Part shown: in pieces, positions 24,839-36,875 of the stretch
Layout of the letters: every line of letters starts with the position of its first letter
Numbering within the stretch: position 1 is the first letter of the stretch
Origin: Callorhinchus milii
Taxonomy: Eukaryota
Direction of reading: 5' to 3'
DNA length: 64,000 nucleotides
Assembly: GCF_018977255.1 (NCBI RefSeq)
Contig: NW_024704742.1
Location: 108,812,001 to 108,876,000 of the forward strand
Program-made: the position numbers and the translations under genes
Notes under the pieces: model-generated
What the model was told of the DNA's origin: nothing
The model's database searches: none
Seen by the model: only the letters and a program-made list of their open reading frames with translations

Positions 24839-25580
24839 TAACAACAACAACTTGGATTTATATAGCGCCCTCCACGCTGGACGGCCTCTCAGAGCGTTTT
24901 ACAGTAATGGATCCCGGGACCTAGCCGGGGGGAGGGGGGGGGAAGGTGACCAAAGGCGCGGTCGAAAAGAAAGGTCTTCAGCAGAGACCTGAAAATGGGA
25001 AGGGAGGGAACGAGATGAAGGGACTGAGGAAGGCAGTTCCAGAGCCTCGGGGCACAGTGGCTGAAGGCACAGCTGCCGAGGGTGGAGCCAAGAACTCGGG
25101 GGCAAGGAGGAGGCCAGACCCAGAGGAACGAAGGCAATGGGTACTGTGCTGAGGAGAGAGGTCAGAGAGGTAGGGGGGTGCAGAGGGGTGCAGGGACTTA
25201 AATACAAGGGTGAGGATCTTGAAATCAATCCTCTCTGGGATAGGCAGCCAGTGCAGTCTGGCAAGGACTGGGGTGATCGGGGAGCGGAGTTTCGAGTGGG
25301 TGAGAATACGGGCAGCAGACTTCTATAGGAGTTGGATTTTATGGATGGTAGTGGATGGGAGACCGGCGAGCAGGGCATTTGAATAGTCCAGCCAGGAGGT
25401 GACAAAGGCATGGGACCAGAGTTTCAGCGGCTTTTGGGGAGAGGTATTGGCGGAGACGGACGATGCGTCAGAGGTGGAAGAAAGCGGTGCTGGTGAGAGA
25501 CCGGATGTGGGGGAGGAAGGATAATTGGGGGTCGAACCTGACGCCTAGGTTGCGTACGGGTGACGCCTAGGTTGCATACA
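24839..25580 (-). mobile_element. L2 LINE 3' portion (tail type B)
   Basis: AFSHCAPRLWNCLP...LKTFLF and an (aac)n tail. Confidence 0.92.
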
Positions 25581-25689
25581 TCACTCTTTGATGGTGAGGC
25601 AATGGGAACGGGGACAAAAAGCAGGCTAGAGTTGGCAGTGCATTGGGATTGACCGGGAGAGTAGGACCACAGAAGATTGCTGACAGACA

Positions 25690-25990
25690 AGGCAGTTCAG
25701 GCATTTGAATGTAAAGACAAGGATTTTAAATTTGATCCACTGCGGGATAGGGAGCCAGTGGAGCTTGGCAAGGGTCGCAGTGTAGGAGAAAATATGGGGA
25801 GCAGAGTTCTGGATTATCTGGAGTTTGTGGAGGATAAACCTAGGGATGCTGCAAGCATAGCAGTGGAGAAGTTGAAGCTGAAGATGAAAGCATTTCCGAG
25901 GGTTTCAACTGAGTTGGGCATTAGATAGTGATGGAGATGGGCAATGTTACAGAGATGGAAGAAAGCAGACTTGGTCAGGGATTGGATGAA
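25690..25990 (-). mobile_element. Older L2 fragment
   Basis: Reverse of ccactggctccctatccc and atccagaactctgc (HWLP and QNSA motifs). Confidence 0.7.
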
Positions 25991-26399
25991 GTCTTAAAAG
26001 AGCAACATTTTGTGGTGGCTCTGAGATGATAGAGCTGCTTAATAGAACTTCTTATCGTTAGAGGAAGGAACTGATCACCAAACAAGGTCCAGTTGAGTTC
26101 CAGTAGATCAATGCATTTGGTCAACTGGTTGAATACTGTTTTTACTCTGATTATTTTTGTATAAAGTAAAGTCTCTTACCATCTGCATAATACATTGCCC
26201 ACAATGTATCCCAGTGATTAAGAAGAGTATCGATTGGACGGAGGATTTGGGGTTGAAACCATTGTCTCCACTACACCTGGGGACCAGTCAATATATTAAA
26301 TATCATGAATCCATTAGGTTCAGTCATGTGTTAACTAATACCATGGGTAATCATTTCCAATATTCAACCATTGGTCAGCAGCTCAATGAAGTTTGTAGA

Positions 26400-26592
26400 A
26401 GGTGCTAGTATGTGAACATTGGGGGAGGTCAGAATTAATTTTGCCTGTGATACATCACACAGACAATTAGCTTGCCGTCACTAAATGTCAAGGCTCACAC
26501 ATGAAGATTGTCCTCTTGGGCGAGGTACTAGATTTTGTCGGATGCCAGTATGTAGTGAAACCGTTCCAAGCATGAATCACAGCCTTCAAGAA
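26400..26592 (+). mobile_element. Old SINE family C, 3' body
   Basis: aggctcacacatgaaga...cttgggcgaggtac overlaps the 9620-9820 copy. Confidence 0.55.
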
Positions 26593-27049
26593 TAAAGACT
26601 CTCGATTTATGATTTCATTGAGAGGGCTGCCTTTGATCAGCAGCTTGAAAGAATAAAAATGCAGAAGTAAGGGAACACTGGGAGGTGCCAGTAATTATAA
26701 AGGAATCTCATTTTATAGCATGTAATGATTATGTGGCAATTCAGTTGAGTATTTTTTTCTCCGCACGTGACTATACATTGGTCTTACTGTCTCTTTAATG
26801 AGTGGAAGGTGCCATGAAGATAAGCCAGGAGCAATAAGCATTGCTGGTCGTTTTCATTTGCAGGTCAACTAGGAACACAATACTGCAGCTTTGAAATTTT
26901 TACTTCACAATCTCTCACATTATTTACTCAGGAATTGTCTGCTGCGTCTAATTGGATCAGGTTTGGAAGAGAATCAAGCTGGGATAGATAAATCTTCTAG
27001 GAAGATTTATTGTCAGTTGGGAAATTTTGCAAATCCTTTAATATTGTCA

Positions 27050-28051
27050 TTGGTGACGTCATTCACAGACATGGGATAAATTTCCACATGTATTCGGATG
27101 ACACCCAACTCTACCTCTCTGCCTCCACCCTGAACTCCAGGACTACTGAGCTCCTGACCGACTGCCTGTCTGACATCAAGTCCTGGACGAGGGCCAACTT
27201 TCTCCAACTCAGTGTCAGCAAGACCAAGGCCCTTCTGATTGGCTCGCGCCAGCGCCTCCACACCTCAGGTGCTGGCAGCATCACCCTCCATGTCTGCACA
27301 CTCAACCTCACTAAGCCAGTCAGGAACCTGGGTGTCTTGTTTGACCCTGAACTGTCCTTTCTGCCCCCATCCGCACCATGACCGGCACTGCCTACCACCA
27401 CCTCCACAACATTGCCAGACTCCGCCATTGCTTCACCCATCAGGTTGCCAAAACCCTCACCCACGCATTTGTCACCTCAAGGCTTGACTACGGGATCTCC
27501 CTCCTCATCGGCCTTCCCAAATCTTCCCTTCACAAGCTGCAGATCATCCAAAACTCTGCAGCTTGTGTACTCTCACGCACCAGGCTCCGTGACCCCATCA
27601 TTTCCATCCTCACCCGACTCCACTGGCTCCCCATCCCCCAGAGGATCGAGTTCAAGATCCTCATTCTCACCTTTAAAGCCATCCATGGCCTTGCCCCCTC
27701 CTACCTCTCTGACCTGCTGACTCCCTACCAACCTGCCCGCTCCCTCCGTTCATCAGGCTCCGGCCTGCTCCATGTCTCCCGCCCGACCTGCCCTACCATT
27801 GGTGGCTGGGGTTTCAGCCTCTCTGCCCCCACACTCTGGAACTCCATCCCACGGTCCCTTCACCTCACTTCCTCCCTTGCCTCCTTCAAGGCCAGTCTCA
27901 GGACCCTTCTCTTCGACCGTACCTTTGGTCTCCCTCCCACCTCTCTGCCTTCCCTCCCCCATGCTCGGGCCCCAACATCTGACTGTTCAGCTCTTTGGGA
28001 CATCCTCCTGATGTGAAAGGTGCTCTATAAATGTAATTTTTTTGTTGTTGT
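27050..28051 (+). mobile_element. L2 LINE, 5'-truncated, best-preserved ORF2 C-terminal part (tail type A)
   Basis: FHMYSDDTQLY, NFLQLSVSKT, HAFVTSRLDY, QNSAA, LHWLPI, APTLWNS; one frameshift near 27370; (ttg)n tail. Confidence 0.96.
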
Positions 28052-28193
28052 CAGTATTTGAAATGTGGTCAAATAATGAGCAATAGTGCCTTACCACTGA
28101 TGTCATTGTATCAATTAAATCAGCAATTATCTCTTTGGTAGCAGCTCTGCAATATTAAAGGAGCAGTGCCATGACTATCTCTGAAAAGAAAAA

Positions 28194-28578
28194 TAATAAT
28201 GAATAATCCTTGCATTTGATATAGCATCTCATCATATCGTCAAAATGTCTCAAATTGCTTCACAGGATTTATTGTAAAGTGGCGTGACTGTGTGTATTTT
28301 ATGGATCAACACGGCAGCCAAATTGTGCACAGCAATGTCTCACAAACAGCCATCGAATGAGTGACCAATTTTATATTTTGTTGTGAGCCTGCCAGCCAGG
28401 ACACCAGGAGAGGTCTTTCACATACACTTGGACAGGGTGAAGGAGCCTTGGTTTAACACCTCATCCAAAAATCTGAGAATGCAGCACAATCCCCAGCACT
28501 GCACTGGAATTATCAGCTTAAATCCACAACCTTCTGATTCAGAGGTAAGAGTGCTACCAATTCAGCCAGGCTGGCACA
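28194..28578 (-). mobile_element. Deu-domain SINE, internally deleted
   Basis: Tail, shared 3' half and head (ccttctgattcagaggtaagagtgctaccaa). Confidence 0.8.
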
Positions 28579-28584
28579 TAGAGG

Positions 28585-28705
28585 TATTAAGGTATATGCT
28601 GACAGGGGATGCATTTTGGATAAAAAGAACTGCCAAGATCTAATGATGTGGTGGAACAGGCTCGATGGCCTCTTCTTGCTTCCGATGTTTGTACATTCCT
28701 ATACA
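28585..28705 (+). mobile_element. CR1 3' terminal fragment
   Basis: ggtattaaggtatatg...gatctaatg...tggtggaacaggctcga. Confidence 0.6.
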
Positions 28706-29109
28706 AAACCTGAAATACGAGACCTGGAATCCTCTCTTACAATACAATTTCCTTGTACATAATTAATTGTCAGGCCCTTTTTGTTTAAGAAAATCAATGT
28801 AATTGAATATTTACCTGCAACAGGATGGAACAATACATGCAAAGCAAACATAAAGTTATTTTTGCAAACCTGCAGGTTTTGTCAAATTTGCATAACATGC
28901 CAGACAGACTGCTTCTGAAAGTGCCTAAGGATCAGTTTGGCAGACAAGTTCAGACTTGCAATCTTTTTTCTTGCCAATTTTGTTCCCCTTCCCCTCCTGA
29001 AGGTATTTGACTAATTATTCCTCACCTGTGCAAATAGGTGCTCATTGCCCATGCAGACCTCACTCAGTTTCCCATCATTCATGTGCAAATAAGCTATTTA
29101 GCTGATCCT

Positions 29110-29381
29110 ATCCTTACCCAGTGTTAACTAACACATCTTACAAAAAGAGTTCACTGGATAATGATCTGGAATTGGAACCTTGCCTGATTTTTTTTCTTTA
29201 ACCTAACTCGGGGAGCTGTGACCAATTGTAATAATGTCATCCTGAATGAGATCAGCTAACTCAGCACAGAGACAGGGAATTGAACCTGGATGGTCTGAAT
29301 CACTAACTCCTGTTCCTGTTTTCTTATATTTTCCATTTCATGGCTCAGCTTTTCACTGAATAAAACTGCTGAGCCATCAGA
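29110..29381 (-). mobile_element. Old SINE family C, 5' part
   Basis: Reverse shows a tgatggctcag A-box-like and a ccaggttcaattccc B-box-like motif, then gtgctgagttagctgatctc...tacaattgg. Confidence 0.6.
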
Positions 29382-29404
29382 AGAATCTTGGCTTATAATC
29401 ATAG

Positions 29405-29514
29405 TTTATATATTTCACTGTATTACCAGCTAAAATTGAGTATCACAAGCTATAATAACTTTTAACTTATGGCTGGCTTTCTGGCACCTTTAATCCTCTG
29501 CTTTATGGTTGTTC
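29405..29514 (-). repeat. Unclassified repeat Y, copy 1
   Basis: Reverse complement aligns along its length with 48283-48390. Confidence 0.75.
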
Positions 29515-30940
29515 CCTCCTCTCGCACCACCACTATAACCCACATGAAACCGACCACCTGCTCCCTTGACCCCATCCCTACCCCTCTCCTTACCTCCCAG
29601 CTCCACCTCCTTGCCCCTCTACTCACAGACATCATAAACCTCTCCCCGTCCACTGGTACTGTTCCCACCTCTTTAAAAACGTCCGGCATCAGTCTTACCC
29701 TTAAAAAAAACCCTCCCTGGACCCATTTCTGCTCTTAAACTACCATCCCATCTCCAACCTCCCTTTCCAAGGTCCTGGAACGAGTCGTTACTTCCCAGCT
29801 TCGCTGCTTCCTCTCCCGCCACTCCCTTCACAAATCCCTCCGATCGCGTTTCAATGCAGCCGACAGCATAGACACAGCATGGTCAAATGGCATTTTGACA
29901 TTTCTGCAATTGGGGCTCCCTCTGCCTCCTCGTCCTACCTTCAATACCGTTGACTTCTCTATCCTCCTCCACCTCCTCTCCTTTCACCTCACCTTCATGG
30001 TTCTGTCCTTGACTGGTTCAGATCCTACTTCTTACACCGTCTCTACTTCATCTCCATAAACGGCTTCTCCTCTAGCCCCCGGAGAGCTAACTTCCTACAG
30101 CTGAACATCAACAAAACCGAGGCTCTTCTGATTGGCTCCCGTCAGCACCTCTACATCTCAGGCACTGACAGCATCATCATCCAAGGATGTACACTCCACC
30201 TCACAGAGCCTGTCTGGAGCCTTGGCAACTTGTTTGACCCTCAACTGCCTTTTCTACCCCACATTCGTGCCATGACCGCTCTGCCATCCCCCACCTCCGC
30301 AACATTGCCCGGCTCCGTCTCACTGTCTCACACTGCAGGCCACTGAGACCCCTAATACACGCATTCATAACATCCAGGCTCGACTACGCAAACTCTCTGC
30401 TTGTCAGCCTCCCCAACGCCTCCCTCCATTGGTTGCAGATAATCCAGAATTCTGCAAACCGAGTCCTCTCCCGCACCAGGCTCCGCGACCCTATCACCCC
30501 ATCCTCGCCCAGCTCCACTGAGGATACAATTCAAGATCCTGGACCTCACTTTCAAAGCCCTCCATGACCTTGGTCCCCACTACCTCTGCGACCTCCTAAC
30601 CCCCTACCAACCTACCTGCTCACTTTGCTCAGCGGACTCCAGCCTGCTTCACATCCCCCACCCCACACACCATTGGCAAGTGGGCCTGAAGCCACTCTGC
30701 CCTCACCCTCTGGAACTCCATCCTGCAGTTCCTCCACCTCGCCCCCTCTGTTGCTTTCTTCAAGACCCATCTCAAGACCCTCCTCTTCGACAGTGCCTTC
30801 GCTCACCCTCCTCCCCACCTGCCCTCCACCATTCCCTATCCCAACCCTGAGTTCAGGTCCAAAACACTGATTGTCCAGCTGCTTCGGATGTGCTCCCAAT
30901 GTGAAAGGTGCTATACAAATGTAATTTTGTTGTTGTTGTT
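29515..30940 (+). mobile_element. L2 LINE with an internal deletion (about 30080)
   Basis: MKPTTCSLDPIPT...DIINLS, the yhPISNLP region, then a jump to the NFLQLN region; type A tail. Confidence 0.94.
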
Positions 30941-30950
30941 CTAATAATAA

Positions 30951-31312
30951 TCAAGATCATGAGAGGATTTGATAGGTTGAACCAGGAAAAACTGTTTCCA
31001 CTGGCATGTGGGTCAGTAACCCGAGGATACTGACTTAAGATAGTTGTTAAAAGAAACAGAGGGGAGGTTAGGAATTTTTTTTTCACCCAGTGAGTTGTTC
31101 GGATCTGGAATGCATTATCTGAAAGGGTAGTGGAAGCTGATTCAATAACAACTTTTAAGAGAGAAGTAGATGGGTAATTGTTGAGGATAGGATTGCAGGG
31201 CTATGGAGAGAAAGCGGGCCAGTGGGATTGAGTTGGATTGCTCTTTTCGGAGCCGGCGCAGACACAATGGGCCGAATGGCCTCTTTCTGTGCTGTATGAT
31301 TCTGTGATTCTA
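30951..31312 (+). mobile_element. CR1 3' end
   Basis: aggatttgataggttg...ctggaatgca...gggccgaatggcctctttctgtgctgtatgattctgtgattcta. Confidence 0.9.
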
Positions 31313-31969
31313 GGAAGCATTCATAGGGGAATCCTTTACCTACAGCATCCCAGAATATTTACTACAATAAAATGGAAGAAGCAAGGCTCAACATTCCAGT
31401 AAACACAACTATTAACAAAAAGGAGGGATGTTGAGAAAATTATTTGCTCAGAATTTATATTGGGCTGATTCCATGTTATTCATTGCTCTTACCTTCCACT
31501 GCAGTTCCCTTTTAAAGAAAATCACAATGTGTGCAATGCTTTGTGAAGCGATGTTTATGATACTGAACAGAACACACTAACCTCTGTTTGAATTCATAAC
31601 AAAATGTTCTCAGGTTGATTTTTACATGGCACAAATCCAAAAGTGCTCAGGTGAAATTTACAAGTGATCTTCAATTAGAAACAAATTTATGTGGTTTCAA
31701 TGTAAATTAAATACTTTCTTCACAAAAAATCAACCACCACAATTGAAAATGTGGTGGTGCAAGTGTATCCAGTGATCTTTCAGTAAACCACACAATTTTA
31801 TGAACATTACCAGTGTGAAAAGTACCATATCAATGTCCCATTTGGTGCCTGGTAAAATTCTCCCACCCACCTGATTTGCATCAGATTAGCACATTTGTGG
31901 GAGGAAATACAGCACTACACATTCAATCAGGCTCCAATCTGAGTGACAGAATACATTCATTCATCCCAA

Positions 31970-32385
31970 GTGACAACCTGACTAGGTCAATTGGGCTTTC
32001 CCCTCTGAGTCAGAACGTTTGAGGTTCAAGCCTCACTTCAGGACCTGGAAGTCATATAATCTATGATGGCATTCCAATGCATTGCTGGGGGTGTGCTACA
32101 TTGTTTGAAGTCCTTCAGTTGAAACATTAAAACCAAGGTCCCATCTGCCTGTTCAGGTAGACATTAAAGATCCCATGGCACTATTCAAAAAGAGAAGAGT
32201 CTCCCTCTCCCAGTGTCAGTCAACAAATAAAAATCACTTCATGATTGTTTGTGGAACATGTGCAAAATTGGCTGCTCATTCACCCACAAAAAAAACAAAT
32301 TCACTGTCCTTTATAATATTTCGCTTTAGGGTGTCCTCCCAATATAAAAGTTGCTATATCAAATGTAAGAATTATTATTATTATA
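31970..32385 (+). mobile_element. Deu-domain SINE, near full length
   Basis: cctctgagtcagaac...ggttcaagcc head, Deu domain, (att)n tail. Confidence 0.88.
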
Positions 32386-32903
32386 GGCTGTTTCTCCATT
32401 GCAGTGCAGGGGAAATACTGCATTGTCAATTTTAAATGAAATAAGAGGATTTGACAAGACTTTAAAGAATGAGGAAACATTGTGTGACACTTGAGTGTTG
32501 CATTCTTGACTCGTTGAAACTGAAATTTTTCAACTCTGGCTTCCTCCTGTATTTATAATATTGAAATCCCTAACTATGTGCCTGTCAAGTGTGTTATGTA
32601 GAGTGTTTGCACTTCTTCCCTCCCAACTGTGTTCTCAACAGCCTGACTGAAAGGTCACCCCATACATATGTAAGATGGAAAGAGTGAAAGTCCTATGATA
32701 GATGTTTCCCCAGAGTAGGGAGGGGCGAGGAAGAGGAGACAGAAGTTAATGGTCTTACCTTATCCCTTCTACCTTTACTTATCTCAGAAATATGGGGCAG
32801 CTGCACCTCAAGACACCAACAACAACAACAAAAAATTGCATTTATATAGCGCCCTTCATGCGGGGTAGTGTCCTGGAGCACTTCTCAAGGCTGCCAAACT
32901 TAC

Positions 32904-33229
32904 CTCCTCACCTCTCCAGCACTTGTTCCTCCACCGTGTGATGTTCTATCAATGACCTTACCCCTGTGGCACCATGCTCTGAGGGGTGCTGTGTAGTTAT
33001 ACTACTTGCTGTAGAATAAGATTGCCATGTGCGGACCAAGGTTTGGAGGATGTCAGCCTCATCATTCCCTTAGGTCTCTCTCTTCATTCCTTCCCTTTTG
33101 CATTTTCTTTAATTTCCTTCCCTTTCTCCTGGGGATCATGGCAGCTGACATTTTCTGTGAAGATGTCACCTCTGCTGCTGATTGTGCAACTGCTTGTGCG
33201 AAGGTGTACGTGGAAAGACTCCTGATAGT
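32904..33229 (-). other. Candidate non-coding exon (alternative donors ending the exon at 32962 or 32904)
   Basis: Acceptor tgtctctctctgtttcccctccatcaccag; donors GGG|gtaagg and GAG|gtaagt; stops in all three frames. Confidence 0.3.
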
Positions 33230-33334
33230 CTGGTGATGGAGGGGAAACAGAGAGAGACAAATGGGAAACACAAGGACATGTGTCAATACCAATGTAGAGG
33301 TACCATATTGGAGATCGCTATGGAAACAAGACAC

Positions 33335-33615
33335 AGAACTACAACTTTAAGCTAAAGGACTTTCAACTGTATAGAGTCTTGGTCAGACCCCATCTGGAGA
33401 CTGCGTTCAATTTTGGGCACTGCACCTCAGGAAAGATGTATTGGCTCTGGAGGGGGTACAGCACAGATTTACCAGAATGATACCACGGCATAAAGAGTTA
33501 AATTATGAGGGCAGGTTGCGTAAACTTGCTCTCTATTCCCTTGAGTTTAGAAGGTTGAGGCGTGATCTCATTGAGGTTTTTAAAATAATAGAGGTTCGAT
33601 AATAAACGGTAGATA
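33335..33615 (+). mobile_element. CR1 ORF2 C-terminal fragment
   Basis: LYRVLVRPHLE...QFWA...RRLRRDLIEV. Confidence 0.85.
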
Positions 33616-34619
33616 CTTCTCTGTCACGGCATAATTCCAGCGAGTGACTTTAGTCATCCATTCCTCTTTCATCTGCGATGTGCAAGGTGGCCCGTGACCC
33701 CAAAATAAGTGTGCTGGAAACCACGTTTAATTCATATTTCCCAGTGTATATAATAATAATATTAGTGCCTCATTGTGCTTGTTTCAGATGCTTGAAATGT
33801 CCTTCTGATGTGAAAGACGCTATACAAATGAAATTTGTTGTTATTGTTGAACAAGGGTCAGAGCTTCTTTCTGAAAATGGCTGTTGATTGCCTACAGACT
33901 CACAGTTATATTTCGATTGTGACAAAGACTAACATTGAAACCCACAATTTTCATGTGTTAACATTTTGGCTCAAAACAATTATACAGGACCATCGTCATT
34001 ACTTTGCTTGTATACATTTTGCCAAACAGAATTTCAATCTCTGAGGGCATTAGTGCAAAACCTATGAGCTGGACCAGGATTGGGGTGGGGGGAGGGGAAC
34101 CATTAAACCTTTTGCACGTGAGGGGAGGAGAACCACTGAACCTTTTGTATGTGACAAGCCCTTAAAATCCTTGGCTTCACCCAGCTCGCTTTACACAGCC
34201 TTATAAAACCAGAAGTATAGGTAACCAACAGGTGGGTAGATTGTAATCATGATAAAATATGTCACACAGTGCTTTCCTCAGCATAGGATGAATGTTGAAC
34301 TGGTTAAAGTGTATTAACAATATGACGCAGTGGAGGACATGTTTTATCTGACTGCTGCATGTCTGCATATACTGAAGCTCAGTGAGTACTTGCTTGGAAG
34401 TCATCCAAGGAATCCAAAAGGTGAGTAGCTGCCATCTCATGAAACTATTTACTGGAAACAAACCTTATATGAAAATATCATGCAAAAATTCTGACAGAGA
34501 CTAACAGTGAAACAAAGCCTTACTGATCCTGGAAAACAATACTCCAATAAAATCGATCATTCATTCCATTCCAGTTTACGAGACATTGCTGTGCACGAAT
34601 TAGAAGTTGTGTTCATCAG

Positions 34620-35100
34620 CTGAGAATGGCAGGGCGGGGGCAGGGGGTAAGTTGACCAAAACCACGGTTGCAAAGATAGGTCTTAAGGTAGGCTTTAAAG
34701 TCAAGGAGAATTGAGGCAGAAGGACTCCAACAAGGACTCTTGAAGACAGTCACCCAAAGAGAGTTAGACCTCATCCAGGAATTGTTGCCTGAATAAGCAA
34801 TCGTTCAGAGGATCAGTCGTCCTGGAAATGAGGGTAAAAGAAGATAGAGTTGTGTGTTGTCCCTAATCCTGCAGATGTCACCAAGTGGGAGCATATGGAT
34901 AGTGAAAAGGAGAGAACTGAGCATAGAGCTCTGAGAAATGCTGAATGTGATTGTGCAATGGAGAGAGCCCAGGATTGGGGTGACGGGAAAGATGATCAAA
35001 TGCGTGATCAAGGAGGTACGTTTTGAGATAAGGGGAGGGAACGAGTGAGTTGGAGGGACTCGGGATGGAGTTGGGAGATTGGTGACCTGAACATCGGAAG
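34620..35100 (-). mobile_element. Degraded L2 fragments
   Basis: LFTIHMLPLGDI...DNTQLYL and LKTYLLD remnants. Confidence 0.6.
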
Positions 35101-36177
35101 AAACTCACTTTGCTTTTTTAAATAGTGCTATGGAATCATACAAGATGGTTCCAAAGGTCATTTGGCTAAGTGCTATAAGCAAGTTATCTTTTGCACAATG
35201 AGAGAACCAGTACAGAGGCATGTAGACAAACTTGATCACTTCTGTACTGGGTCAGGGCAACATCAGTTGCTGCTACTTCTCTGTCATCACTCTATTATTT
35301 TACACAGAATGACCAACAGCTGGCAAAATAAATATAGTCTACTATTTCCATTATTTACACAGAGCCAACTTTTAAATCCAAATTCTTAGTTATCATGTAA
35401 AGTTATTTTAATACTATTAGAGGCGGTAATAAAACTGCAGATAGATTTGAGTAACCTAATATTGTAGTCAATCTTTTCAGGATTCAATTTAAAAAAAAGA
35501 AGTTTAGAAATACAAAGATTGCAGCAAATCCAAGTGCTGTTCAAAGCTATACTGTAGCCCAAGAATAAACAATATAATTATTATATAATATGCACAATAT
35601 ACACAGGCTGCAAGTTCAGGATATTGATAACTGCAGCAAGTATAACATAATGTGTATGGGGCTTGGCCTCTGTCCTAAGCCACAGCTGCCACTGAAATGA
35701 TTAAGCTTTAAGTAAAAAAACAGTCGCATCTTTCACGTAACTATAACATTTCATCCCTGATATTCATCCGAGTCAATTTCCCTGTATCCTCTCCATAGTT
35801 GAGGTATCCTTTCTAAAAGTGGATACCGTATCCTTTCTAAAACGGAATTGCATAAAACTGGATACCTGACCTAATCAATGTCTTATACAAATTAAAGATT
35901 TTTTCCTTCTTGTTACATTCATTGTCCTTATATGTAAAACCTAACATTCTATTTGCCTTTATCGCTTTAGAGTTTTTCCACCCACTTTGTTTTATCGTTT
36001 ACCCTGGTACTTGGAACTCCAGTACAAAATCCTAATTTTAAGCACAAATAAAATATTATTTGGTTCTGCATTGGAATTTTGGCCCTCCAAATTCACTCAA
36101 CCACTTTCACATATGTCCTGGAAATAACAATACATTTTCAAAATCCAGTTACCTCTTTGTAAATTACTGGTACGTTT

Positions 36178-36320
36178 CAGCCAGTGGAGCTGAGTGAGGA
36201 TTGGGTGATAGGATCACGGAGCCTGATGCAGGAGAGGACATGGGCTGCAGAGTTCTGGATGGTGTGCAGCTTGTATAAGCAGGAACTAGGGAGTTGGCAA
36301 ACAGGGCATTGGAATAATTC
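36178..36320 (-). mobile_element. L2 fragment
   Basis: KLHTIQNSAAHVLSCIRLRDPIT. Confidence 0.75.
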
Positions 36321-36574
36321 CAAAGAATTACATTTAGATGTCACTTTCTGCGCACTACACAAGCCTGCTCAGTACATTGTGGATTTCTACCCTAGTCTTA
36401 CTGTCTATAGGATTCCAGCCATGTTTGTCAATAAAAACATTTAATAGTGAAAGGGGATTAGAAACCTGCCCTAATATAAACCCAATTAGGAATTTAAAAA
36501 AAAAAACAATTTTCTAAAAAAAAGCTTTTTTTTAAGAAGATTATGTTTCTTTTTCCTTTCCAACCTCCCTTTCA

Positions 36575-36875
36575 TTTGGCTGAAACTGGCCTACTTCACA
36601 TCCCCCCTATATCCACTCACCATTGGTGGGAGGGCTCTTCAGCCTCTCTCTGGAGCACCATTCTGAAGTACCTTCAACTTTTCCCCTCCCTCCCTCCCCC
36701 TTTTAAGTTATGCCTCAAAACATACCTCTTTGCCCATGCTTTCAATCATCTTTCTGCTCCTTCTCACCCACCTCAGCTCCCATCCGCAGCTCCAGTGCCC
36801 AGCTGGAATTGTCAACTACTTTGGGACATCCTCCGACTTGAAGAGTGTAAATTATATTGTACTGTGTTGTATTGT
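36575..36875 (+). mobile_element. L2 3' end, degraded
   Basis: LKTYLF remnant and the ttgggacatcctccgacttgaa tail hairpin. Confidence 0.7.

Noticed and set aside
24899..25411. Long Pro/Ser-rich or Gly/Glu-rich ORFs overlapping L2 copies (also 50879-51295 and 56217-56741)
   Set aside because: They are alternative-frame or antisense shadows of C-rich L2 ORF2.
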